A program made the translations under genes and the position numbers. A stretch of 62,908 nucleotides of DNA, filler included, from Choristocarpus tenellus KU-1152 (Eukaryota > Protista > Phaeophyceae), in assembly GCA_964200185.2 (NCBI GenBank). It is 6 parts of 6 records of this genome, joined end to end, with 100 filler letters (N's around TTAATTAATTAA, not from the genome) between each part and the next. Parts side by side here need not be neighbours in the genome. Positions count along the whole stretch, not along the records: positions 5,693 to 27,449 come from CAXNAD020000327.1; positions 27,550 to 44,615 come from CAXNAD020000727.1; 4 more parts are not named here. One strand, 5' to 3'. The notes below the pieces were generated by a model. It had not been told where the DNA came from and did not search any database. It saw only the letters and a program-made list of their open reading frames with translations. Within the stretch, counting starts at the first letter, position 1. Every line of letters starts with the position of its first letter. Below are positions 21,444-33,800 of the stretch, piece after piece.

Positions 21444-24400
21444 ACCGTTCTGGGCGAAGCCGGGAGAGGACTTCGAGCTGCGAGTGATCGTCTATACGGT
21501 GAGAGTGAGGGTGAAGAAAAGGTGCCAATATTCAACAGTAGTTGGTATTTCAAGTCGCTTTCTCATCGACACCTATAGAGTCACATTTCCCTTGAATGTG
21601 CAGAGTATCTATCCAACATGAAGGATTGGAGTTAACCGATCATTCCTCCATCGTAGGTCAAGGATTGGAAACAGCCAGCGGATGAGACCTCGGGGCAGAC
21701 GGACATGTTCATCAGATGCAGGGCTCTCCATCATGGCTGGCAAAACACAGACACTCATCTTCAGGCCCTCAACTTTGCGAACTTCAATTGGCGCTTCAAG
21801 TTCCACCTCAGACTCCCTGATGCTGATACTTTGGACAATAATCTCACCTTCGAAGGCAAGACACGCCAAGCAGTTCATAGCTGGGGATTGGCCTCCCGAT
21901 ATCAGTTGGGACCTGTTTATGCGATTGTATATAGACCGCCAGAATTGCACGAAGCGAATCCTGGTCACCCTAGTGGAAAGCGAGTAACATGCAACTGAGC
22001 ATCATCAAGAGGAGGGAGAAAGAATGTCGCGCATGTCTAACTACTCCGTAATTCCCTTTCACACATAAACAATACCCCCTTGCCTGGAAGCATTCCATGC
22101 CGACATATTCCATCTTCACAAAAGCTTGTGTGTTGTGCTTGGAGAGTGTTCTATATTTTCTCCATCAAGGCAATGTACCACAGTAGGCCTTGTACGCTTG
22201 TATTTAAAACCCCATACATGACAGATGACTGAACTGATCCCATGTTCATCCCCCCAACCTTCAGTTTATGACTGGGACGCTTTAGGGAACACACTGTTGG
22301 GGTATGCTAATGTCGATCTCAAGGAGTTCTTGGACGTTGCGGAGCTGTACCGCGCCCCTCTGCACTTTTTCAAGCGAAAAATTGACAAACAGGTGCAATT
22401 GTGCTCCTCCACATATACATCTCGTATTTTGCACAGATCTTGTTTATGTAGGAGTATGATGGATGAGGTCAACAGTTATTCCCGTCCTCACCTTCGACTG
22501 AGACAGTTGTCTTTCAGTCCTGTCTTTCTCTTGTTTTATTGTACTGGACTCCAAGAAAATGTGTACACACAATCCCTGCAGAGTGAGGACTCCGTTTTTA
22601 ATTCGCTGCAATGAACAAAATCACCCTAAAGAGGCATTGCTGTCATCCCCCAGATCATGGCTGCCCGTGTTGAGGAACGTCGATTGCTTGAAGAGCAGAC
22701 AATGGCTGTCAAGGCCAAAGCTGCTGCCAAAGCTGCTGCCAAGAAGGCAGCCGAAGAGGCCAGTGAGCTTATGGAGGAGAACCAAGGACTAATGAGGGCA
22801 TTTAGTGGTGCGTATGGTGCAACGGGAAACCTGGGCATGGGCCTGGTTAAGGGTGTTGGAAATGTAGCAAATGCAACGGTTGGAACAACTGTCGGAGTGG
22901 TTGGGACGGTTGGTAGTGCTGTGGGGGACGTGACCATGGGTGTGGTTGGGGGGGTGGGTGCTGGTCTGAGTGGGATCGGCGCACGCCGTAAGAAGAAAAA
23001 GCCTAGCATGTGGCAAAACATCAAGACTAATATGGGCTTTGGGCCTCTACCTGCACACTCAGCCTGGGTTCCTGTAAAGCACCTCAAGCCAAGGTGGGTA
23101 GATGCAAAGTCATGTTCTTCATCGGATGTGAGTGTGCAGTGTGAGTGGATGTGAGTGGATGTGAGTGCGCATTTTCAGCACCACTGCCACCTCTGATATG
23201 CATTGCCGTGTGTTTAGACTTGAACGTTTTTTGTATCTCTTTTAGGTATAGAGTTTGAGTTGATTAGTTTCCAACTCATGTCTTTTGCTTGCAATGGCTG
23301 GGGTTGCCAAGCTCATGAATGAGCACACCAGGGACAGGTGTGTCATGTTGACATAGCAACCTATTTCATTGCTGGAAACAGAAATGTTATACGCTTGCAG
23401 TGCCCTTTGTGACACTCTTTTCTTCCTGACAGCATCACCAATCTCAATTGGACTTGCCCTGGGGTTCTGTATGGAATATGCCAAGGTAGTGTCCCATGTC
23501 TCCCATTTTCTGTGGATCAACAGTGCCCAAAAGGTGAACATATGGAGCATATTCCTGCTATATGTGCTATTTTAGATTCAGTTGACTAGTTACAGCATTG
23601 TTGGAGACACAATGATACCCTGGACCCATGCAGAGCTTGGTGAACGTCAGGATATCTATGGCAGGAAGAAGAGGTAGGGCAAGATTTTAGAGTCCTATGT
23701 CTCGTCTGGGATTTCATTTTTTGTGTAGCAACTGCAAATGGTGTAGAAATACCCTACCAGGGAGAGTATGAATGACATGTCGATCTGCATCTTGCATGGG
23801 TAGACAATCAGAGGCGAATAATAAGCCCACACGATGTCATCTTAGAATCAAGGTCAGCGTTAGGGTCTCAAAACAGCTAACCCTCATCATTTCACCCCCT
23901 CCACACACACACATGAATATGTCTCCTCTTGTAGGAAAGGAGGGGGCCTTGATCATGTGACTGTGGGGCAGTTGCTTATCAGTGTGGAGGTGATGCCCAA
24001 GGTTGACGCGAAGAGACTCAACAATGCAGGGGGAAGAGGCTTACCAAATGAGTTTCCAGTCCTTGAACCGCCTGAGGGCAGGCCTGACCCGATGAAACTT
24101 TTTAACCCCCTTGAGGTGCTCAAGGCGTGTGTGATGGACGGACTTATTGGAAAGTTTGCTAGTATAATAGCACTACTTGCTATCGCCTACATCTTCTGCT
24201 TCACGTTCCCTACCATTGTGGCAATCATCGAGCTGGTGGACGACCTACCATTCGGGGGCTGGATCCTCTTTGGACTTTTTTTGTGGCTCATTTGTGTGAC
24301 CTCATTTGCCTGTGGTCAGTGTGCAAAGGCCTGTGGGTGTAATGAACCGGTGAGCCAGGTTGACACTCCTCATGATGTGTGCACCACTGAAAAAATATTT

Positions 24401-24778
24401 TGCAGAACCTTCCACTACTACTACTACTGTATACTTTCATGATAGTTTGAATGAAGAAGGGAGGTTTGCTTTGATAGGATGACGCCAAGATCTAGTGAGT
24501 ATCAAAAGAAAGTGTCAGGAGTTTTCTGTTGGCTCAATGTAACATGCAGATCTTCACCTTGATTTTGGTGCATCATGTCCCCCCCTTTTGTTCTTGTCAC
24601 AACCTTTATCGATTGAAAATGATCATGGCTTGTATTGAAACTTCTTTTGCTTAACCCCCATGACATTTAGTCGCTGCAGAATTGGACCAGTGCTCTGCTA
24701 ACCTCAAATTTGCTCTACAACCATTTCCGTGTCATGCTGCCAACCAAGGATGACGATGATGATGACTGTGAAGCTTGA
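21444..24778 (+). CDS. Ferlin-like C2-domain membrane protein, 3' exons
   Basis: Exons 21444-21498, 21657-21855, 22265-22392, 22654-23093, 23935-24349 and 24680-24778 splice in frame. Motifs FELRVIVYT, TDTHLQALNFANFNWRFKF, VYDWDALGNTLLG and GQLLISVEVMP...GGRGLPNEFPVLEPPEGRP match the last ferlin C2 domain and Ferlin_C, followed by hydrophobic helices. Confidence 0.8.
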
Positions 24779-26975
24779 TGACCCAAGAAGGGTAACCATA
24801 CTTGTCCGGGATGCGGATCAGACAAGGGATATAAAGTCCAAAGATCATACCAACAGTTTCCATGGTTTAGACTCACTTCTAGGCGACGGGAATTTATTGT
24901 AAGATTCAATAGTGCAGTGGTGGTTCGTATGTTGAACATGGCAGTGAGCACTATGAAAAGTTCTCCTTGAACTCAGAATTGAGGAAGGTGCAACAGCGTT
25001 GATATGATCTTGAGTTAGCTTGTGCGTTTACTTCACAATGTTTGTGCTCTTGGAGAGCCCTGCCCGCCTTGTGTCAAAGTATGCACATCTATGTGTTTGA
25101 TATTGCAAGCCCCATACTCCAGGGACGATATGCATTGAGGTTTATATCCCACAACCTGTAATACTTTGAAGGTATTTAATTATTGTGTATGGAGTACATA
25201 AAAAAAAAACATACCCGATAGCATTATGATAACCTTAACCTTCACTGATGGTTTAGGGGAAGGGTGGGGGGACATTGAACTGTTGTGGAAGTTGGAGGGG
25301 TTCTAGATCCTTTGTTGTATTCGCCATGTCAGAGTTTCTGCGTTTTATGGTAGAGTTGAAGCTACCCCCTGACCAACTGCAGCTCCTCAGTACTCACGAT
25401 GGGCAGGTGGACCTTGCTCTTGTAGAATCAGTAGGTACCTATTGCCTATGTATCCCCTTGCCTCTTAGGTTTAGTAGTGCATCTTAGGTATGAATGTTCT
25501 ATGTATGTGATGGACTCTAGCCCTTCTTTGGCTTCCTACCCCTGGTGACCAGAAATATGTGAAGACCAAAGGGGAATAGTACCTGGCCAGCAGTCTTGAG
25601 TTTTTTTCTTTTTTACTTATTTCTGGAGGTAGACACCTCTCTTCTGGCATATCATACGTATGTGTACCTTTTGAGCCACAAAGCTATCCCCTTGTTGTGA
25701 TATTAGATAGCCAAATCTTGGAATTTCTGTTTCTTTTAATACTCTTTTGTATGTAAGCATGTCTCCCATTGATGTGAGAGTTCCCAGCAAGACCGTAAAT
25801 ACTGGGTGATATTAGTTCTTCTACTGGCCTTCCAGGCCTTGTTCGTTGATGTTTGGGTCACTGAAGAATTGTAGTGTTGAAGTGCTTTGAACTCACGCAA
25901 TATAATCATTTCTTGAAATCTCTACACGGGCTGCCATCTCTCATCCACCTCTTCGTCCACGCCCTCCTCTTCACCATTCTCTTGTACATCCTCCTATCCA
26001 TCTCTAACACTCGAGGAATGTCATCATCAGTCCAAGGGAGAGCAATGGGGTCCTCCTTGCCAAGGTTTACCCCATGCAGGATGACATGCATTTCATGAAC
26101 AACTGCACATGGTGGGAAACCCCCACGTATCCTGGATTTTGATGCTCCAAGCTGCAGCATGCAAGATTCCGCTGCTTCATTGGACGTTGTCAGGTCAAGA
26201 TCATAGTGCCCATGATTTAGCAATCCGAAAACAGACAGCTCAACTTCTAAGTGCTGGTGTGCCACCGCTATGACCCCCAAGCCATAAAAATTGAGAGGCA
26301 GGGAAGGTTGCATCTTAGGGTCATGGCGAGAAATGGTAAGAACACACCATTTTATACAACTGTAGGAAGAGTTTTTGCGAATTGTGGTTTCACTCTGTGT
26401 GTGGAAAGAGGGAATATCAATTTTGCATACCCTCTCGTCCACATAAAGCTTCGAAATGAGTATTTTTGCACGTCCCCTGCATGACAAGTATACCTGTAGG
26501 GTGGCAGGACCCTAATCTTTCAATGCACCACACAGCGTTCATAGATTTTGAGGGATTTACTAGTGAAGCAGCAAAGTGGACTTGCTAAATAAAATTTTGC
26601 CTCTCAAAAACGAAAAAAAGTGTCCCAGAAACCGAATTCCGTTTCCTACTATTTCCTCCCGTAATGATACCTTACTATACATGATCCATACGTCCTATGG
26701 AAGTATCTTATATTACTACTACTCTGGAGTAGTAGTATATACATACTATCAGGACACGCACACACATATAATCTGTTACCTGCTGCTGTAGAAGAAGTCG
26801 TACACACAGCAGAAAATATCCAGGTAATACATCATCCTTGCAACATAAAGTTGAAGTCCATGGCGGGAGGACTCACACGTTTTGATCTCGTAGTTGAAGT
26901 TCATCATGTACGCTGCTCCTATCTGCTTGTTGAAAGTCACGAACTCGGTGAAGTCGTCATAGTAATACCACTAGT

Positions 26976-27240
26976 AAGTCAAAGTAAACTAAAAAAGGTA
27001 CACAGGTTTTACCCAAATAAATTGCGTTTTAACTCTGTTTTTCCATAGCTTGCAGTTCACCCATATTTCTATGGATGAAGCTCTAAGCGTGATTTGAGAG
27101 CCTTTATTTCTCTATTGTTTGAAACTATTCCAACACAATTCAGAAAATTTCTTACACAATTTGTAAAAAAATCGAATTTTGTACCTATCCGTCAGTATCC
27201 CTCAAATGCAACTGTGGGTAGCTGTCGCTTGCTTCGACTC
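26976..27240 (+). mobile_element. MITE family C, copy 1
   Basis: AAGTCAAAGTAAAC...GCTTCGACTC with a 3-bp TSD AGT; collinear with 48999-49259. Confidence 0.8.
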
Positions 27241-27449
27241 AGTACTACATAGTATTTGAATAGCAAGAAGGCGTTCATTTGCACTTCTTCACCTACTACT
27301 TGTTCATTATCAATAAAGTGATATATCTTTTTTTGTTGTTTTCCCAATAATCACAACATACACAACGCTAAGTATACATGTACAGTAGGTGCCCCGATTT
27401 TGTTCACCCATGGGCATGCCCAAAAAAAGCGGTACATAATTGATGTAGT

Positions 27450-27549
27450 NNNNNNNNNNNNNNNNNNNNNNNNNNNNNNNNNNNNNNNNNNNNTTAATTA
27501 ATTAANNNNNNNNNNNNNNNNNNNNNNNNNNNNNNNNNNNNNNNNNNNN
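27450..27549. other. Artificial contig spacer
   Basis: N-run with TTAATTAATTAA. Confidence 0.98.
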
Positions 27550-30500
27550 CCCCCTCATTGAAATATACATGTTTTCTGTGCATGCTCGATGGCTGTGCTG
27601 CACACCTGATGGATTGGATAAGTGTTTTATCTTTCAGTTTGAGATTTGTGACTTGTCTTGAAGGAGCTCGAGGTGTCTCTGGCAGTGACTTAATTTGTTT
27701 GTGTTTATGTATGTGGGATCCTGTGTTGGCATGTGTAACGCCCGCTTGGTCTTCTGTGTTTGCCTGCCAGACTCAGCTGCCTGCACTTGTGGTTCTGCTT
27801 GTGCAGTGCTTCTGTCGTGCCCGTTTTGTTATCCCACCTGGCCCATGTGAGCCTTCTGAAGGTGGTCGGGCGAAAGTGGTCCGGTTGCCATCATTTTTCG
27901 TTTTGTCTCAAGTGATCTGGGCTCATCGTGTAGCATGCCCTGTCATTGTGGGACCTAGTTTAGTATGCTTTTGTGGGAGAGGGGGGAGGAAATTATGTAG
28001 AAAGAGACGTGGTGCTCAAGGGAGAAGCAACGGTGTGAATGGCAGATAATAAAAAGGGGGAAAGGTTGGTACAGTCAGATAATGAATTGGTCATAATTTA
28101 GAAATGAGACGACTTGAGCCCAATAAGAAAAAGGGGAAAAGGGGGGGGTGACCAGTGACTGCGAGGCATATGTTTAGGATACTCATCTGGTGACCTGTTT
28201 GCTGTTTCGTGATTTCATGCATATGTGACTGTGGCACAGCTTCAGAGAAATGTTTTCTTTGCTGTAATTTCTTTTTTCACTTTCCCCTTATGTTGTCTCT
28301 GATGTAAAGGGATGCTTCAGTATTTTTGTGCATGTTGGTTAGTGGAGGGTCTCATCCAAAAATCGTGCAACACACACAACACTCCATATGTGTGGGATTT
28401 GTTTGGCTGCGACTGTTTGGCTTGTATGTATATACAGATATGCACCATTGTGTAACTTATCTATTATTTTGTGACATCTCCCTTGTTGTGGCAGGAGGGT
28501 GCACATTGTGCAGTGGTGGTACGCAGGTCATCGGACCATTGCCATGATCTTTGTCTTTGTTGGATTGATTTGTGGTGGTGTGTTGATGCGCTTGTGTTCT
28601 GTGATGATGGATGCAGAGGTTCACGCTGACTGACTAGGGAGGCACTCTTTCTGATAGTTTTGCCCTCTCCCTGGTGTTCCTCAATGACCTGTTTCTTCTG
28701 GAGAGCAAAAGCAAAGCGTTTGTTTATCTTTGTACTAATTGTTCTCAGAGTTGTTCAGCCAGAGTCGTGGTGGCTTGGTGCTGCTTGTTGGGTGTTGGGT
28801 CGTGGTGGCATCCGCACTTTTTCATGGCTATGAACTCCTTTGGTTAGCGTGAACATTGTGAGTTGAAAATTGAAAAAAAAAAATGTGACGCAACCATCTG
28901 AGGTAGAATGCACCGTTTTTTTTGTAGGGAGGGAGAGGGAGGAAGGAATACTTGAACATGATTGGGTTGATACTAATTTACACATTTGACTGTTCAGTAC
29001 ACTCGCCATAAACAAATATTATTTTTACTGTATATACTTTCGATTTTTTTAAAAACTGGGTACTATTAGTGGTATCAGTAGTGTAGTATCAATATGTTTT
29101 GTTCATTTTGGTAAGCGACGCACGGGCTGGGGCGCGATTGTGTTCTTATCTCATCAAGATACTTCATTTCATCATTCTGGCTCCTCTCTCTCTACCGGGT
29201 GCCACAACCATCAGTTTCTACAATAGTACCACTGAAGTTGGAAAAGCAATCACTAAAATACAAGATTTTTGTTACTAAAAATATACATGTAATAAAATAA
29301 AAGCAACTGGTTGATATATCAATCACATCAGCATGTCAAGATATAAATTGTACCAATGCAAGGATTGTCCCTGAATCGGCACAAGATCTCTTAGTAGCTG
29401 ACGCAAGTTCCTACACAGATCAATATTGGCACAGCAGCCTTGCTGGTCAGGACTGCTATGCACTACTCCAAACAACGTACCCCAGTAGTAGTCGTCACTG
29501 GCAAGATCTCTCGCTGTACCACTACTCACCATAGAGTGTGATGCTTGTAAGCCAACAGCAGGAAGCAACTTTACTTCCTGATATATTAATATAACTACTT
29601 CGTTTAACGTATAATATACACAGATTCAGTAGATCGTTCTGTATTTTGGGATTTCTTTTGTGTGGAAGAACAGTTTCATCCTGTGTTGAATATCCCTTGC
29701 ACTCGAGCAGAGGCTAAGCAGTACATTGGTGTACCAACTCTGAAGAAAAATATCAAAAGTGCAACTACCAACTACTCGGGAAAAAAAACCCCTAACGTAC
29801 GTATGGTACATGTAACACAATATTGTCAACAATCTGCTCTCCAACTCCGGATATATTCCCAAAGAAAGGTGATGTTACACACATCGACTAATCATCTTTA
29901 AAATAGACCTGAGGTAGGTCATTTACCATCAGTATGATGCCATTTTGAAAGGGCTAAGGTCGACAGTGACCGGAAACGTTTCACTTTCTCAGAATGCGAC
30001 TTCCAGATGACCAAAATCTCAGCCTAGTTCTTGGTGCATATTTTGGTACAGTTCTGACCTGGTGTACAATCAGAGTGAGGAAGAAAGCAAAAGGCCCCAG
30101 CAACTGGACCATTCTTATATTGCGTTCATGTACTGTGTATATTTGTTAGAAAATGGTAAATAAATTCCCCCTACTACACGAAAAGATCAACAACCAAAAT
30201 GCAAAGAATAAATAAATCTAGGCTCAACCTAGGATACATGTTGCACATCTCCACTACTAGCACATCTTTGAATCAATTAACACCACATTTTCTCTTGCCA
30301 AACTTTTGCAGGTTCAGTGTCCAGTCAACAGGCTCCTCCACACTTCTTCCTGTCGGTGTTTTACCGTTTTCAAAACTCCGCTTGCTACACAGATGAACAA
30401 AAAATCTCTCCACTGAGGGTGGATAATACATAACCAAATGACAATAAAAAACACATCAGTCTGTCTTGTCTGCAACAGGCACACAGACATACGCAAAGAC

Positions 30501-30830
30501 AGGCACAATACCTGACCTGAAAAAAAAGGCAAGCAGTGAGGGGATCTACATCAAGCAGACACAATAAAAAAATAACTCTCCCCAAATCAGTACAAAACAT
30601 TGCTCAATGTATCCCCATGTCTTCTCGTTTTTCCAAAATAAATTCATGTCAAGACAGCGCTTCATGACCTAGGCTACATCTCACTTCAACATGTCTCCTC
30701 AATCTCCATGAAATCAAATTGCATCAACCAAGACCTCATTGTTAAGAAAGGGTCTCACTACAATGCACCCCAATCACCTGTTCAAAAGCCATGTCTACTG
30801 CACCTCTCTCCCACTCCGAACCCACCCACC

Positions 30831-33800
30831 CTACTCCCCCTCATCATTCTCATCAGCACTTATCCACACCTCTTCTTCTTCACTCTCACTCTCTTCCTCC
30901 TCCAGCCCCAGAGCCGAAATCACAGCTTCTGGACCCTTCAGTGAGAGCCGGTACTCCAACCTCACCTTCTCCCTTTGCAGTCCATCACCCGCTGCCCCCC
31001 CCCACGCCTCCCTTAGTGGGGCACACACGGGTGGAACTGACTGAGAACGTGCTGCCATTGCATCCTCCACCCCCCCCAACTCGCTCCCCACAGCAACCAC
31101 CTCACCAACTCCTGCCAAGTCTCCGTTGGCATCGTCTGGCCCCTGTAGCACATTCGCTAGAACTGCTGCTGCACTGACGCCAGTGCCGTTCTGTGCATTG
31201 ATTGTCTTTGACCACAGGGGTGATCTTGATGGTAGCGGTGAGGAGGTGACGGGATCTTCTGACTGGGCTCGAGGGCTACCCTCCCCCAACGCCAATCCCA
31301 ACCGTCCATGTGCACGGATCATCTGTCGTCCCCGTGGTGGTGATGGGGGCTTGACACCATCTGCAATGTCAACGGATGCTACCAAGGCCTTTGGTGTCAC
31401 CGCACCCGAAGGTGTATCTTCCTCCTTCACAGTTGACTTCTTCGCTCCCTCTGCTGCCATGTTCACACCTCTCTTGGCCGCCTCTCCTACAGTATCTGTA
31501 CCTGATGTGAGCTGTGAAGAAAGAGACATTTTCCCATCCGCCCCCACCCTGCTTAGACTTTCACTTCCACTCTTTACTTCCCCTCCCCCAACGCTTGTTC
31601 TGTCACCAACGCCGTTGCGAACTTCACACCTACCGCTACCTTTGCTGTGATGACCACTCCTAGAGAGAAAAACCATTTCCTCCCAGGCACTAAGCTTCTC
31701 GTCCCAGTTCTGTTTTTGCTCCTTCAAATTAGATGTTTTTCCTCTATTGGGAATAGGTACTGCGGCTCCTGTGCCCTCAGATGCAACACAAGGTGCATCC
31801 CTCTGTGGCTCAGAGACCTCTCCCTCAACACCTCCCCCCTTGTCTACTGCCTTGAAGTGTGGTGAACCCCACTTGGGAAGATCCCGGACATTCACAGCCC
31901 CTGGCCTTGGTCCACTCCTCCCCTTAGTGCCCCCACCTCTACTCACCCTCCTACCCTTCCTTTCATCCTCAACTGTTGGTGCCTTTGAAAGTGGGGGAGG
32001 TGGAGGGTTTTCAACAGAACTAGGAGTGGACAAAAAGGGCATGGTGATTGGTGGGTCGTTTGTTCCTGTTTCACCCTTCATACCTATGCACTCTGCACCA
32101 TCAACACCTTCAGCAGGACGGCCATTGCTTGATTATCGAGGACAGGGAAGGGGGTAGAGTTGCCCCAGGATGGTCATTAGTAAGAGTTAACAAGAGGTAT
32201 AGGCAATGAATTGTTAGCTGATTGTGGCAGCAGCAGACAGAGGAGAGGTGACAGGGGATGTGGGAAACTGAACAAACATTGGGGGGGCAGAAGCAAACCT
32301 CTACTCTTATTGGTTGGCAGGGTTGTGTTAAAACACAGAAAACAAACTTGAGAAATGTGTACCAAAAGATCACTGCTGCAGTGCTTAGAGCATACATGGG
32401 CACCAGTACTGACCATGTTTGTCACCTCCTTGCTTGTTCCAATAACTTGCTGATGGTCAACTACATGCCTTGTGAACATGTGATATTTCAAGGTACCGGA
32501 AAATACTATAGCTTCTCTAAAAAACAATTCAGCTTCACAAAATACATGTGTGCTGACAGGGTACTACAATGCCTCAAGTTAGAGCAAATACATCGAATTG
32601 TTCCAGTATTGGGTACCACAATACAACAGCAGATGAGGATGGGGAAATGATGGGGCATAAAATCTTGATGAAAATGCATGTCCTAAACATCTCAAGTCTA
32701 TTGACTCAACTTAGCTTTGCCGTTCAACTACTCCCAACCACAGCAGAAGAAGACGGCTTCCCATTCTTCACAGTCCCAACTCTAATACGCCTCTCTACAC
32801 TGAAAAACCTTCAAGACAACATCAACGGCAACACTGAACACTGAACCACTTACGATGCACAACCATTTCTTACATACTCCCATCGCACCATACATCTCCA
32901 TCCTCTTCACCCACAGATAAACAACCCCTTCCCCGTCCAACCTTACCTTGCAACGGCTTCCCGCCCCTCACTCCCTCCCTGGTTCCTGCCCTCATCCCCA
33001 CCCCTGCTTCCACCATGGCTGACACTATTGCCGACTTTCGAAACCCCCGAGTAGTAACGGTTACCCTCATCTCCAAACTCCCCAGCAGCTATCAATGCCT
33101 TTTCCACGACAGCACGTACTTCAGACTTACGAGCTAAGCGGAGGGGAGTGAGCCCGCCCTGAGCTCGTGATATTGGGCTCGCCCCATGCTTGAGTAACAA
33201 CTCTGCAGCACACTGTATGGGGACACATACACAATTGAGAGGCACAGTCGGGGCAGGAAGGTTGATATAATATAAGATAAGGGAAAGGGAGAGCAAAAGG
33301 TCACATCAAAATGTCACACCTCCCTTTGTCTATAAATGTGTGTGTGTGTGTGTGTGCTTGTTTTTGTGCACATTGTTTTTTGTTCAAGACTGGTTCGCTT
33401 TACAATCACAAAAAAAAATCGTTTTATCGCTCCCTTCAGATTCAGCACCTTATGTCCATGCTTGCACGCCCAGTGGAGTGGTGTGTTGAAGAACTTATCT
33501 CTGACATCAACATGAGCCCCATTCTCAAGAAGCACCTTCACAACCTAAACAAGGAGCATTGATGGAGTGTCACCACCAAAATAACAAGGTACAAACAAAA
33601 GGCATTGGGCAAGGGATGGCAGGGGGAAAGCAAGGTGAGCAGAGTGAGTGGGGGTGGGGCGTAATATGGACAAGAAATAGGATGAATTATAGTACATGGC
33701 AACTGTATCATAAAAAAAAGAAAAAACGAAGCATTAAAAGAGGAGGAGCAAGAGGAGGATGCAGTGACTACGATATAATCAAAGCTTCAACCACTTCTGC

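Noticed and set aside
25860-26487. 193-aa minus ORF with a THAP-like RRAW...VSSKHF ending
   Set aside because: The motif needs read-through of a stop and lacks the conserved cysteines; no family can be supported.
31126-32157. Long plus-strand ORFs opposite the ankyrin tail exon (and likewise opposite FAAP100)
   Set aside because: Antisense shadows of GC-rich coding sequence.
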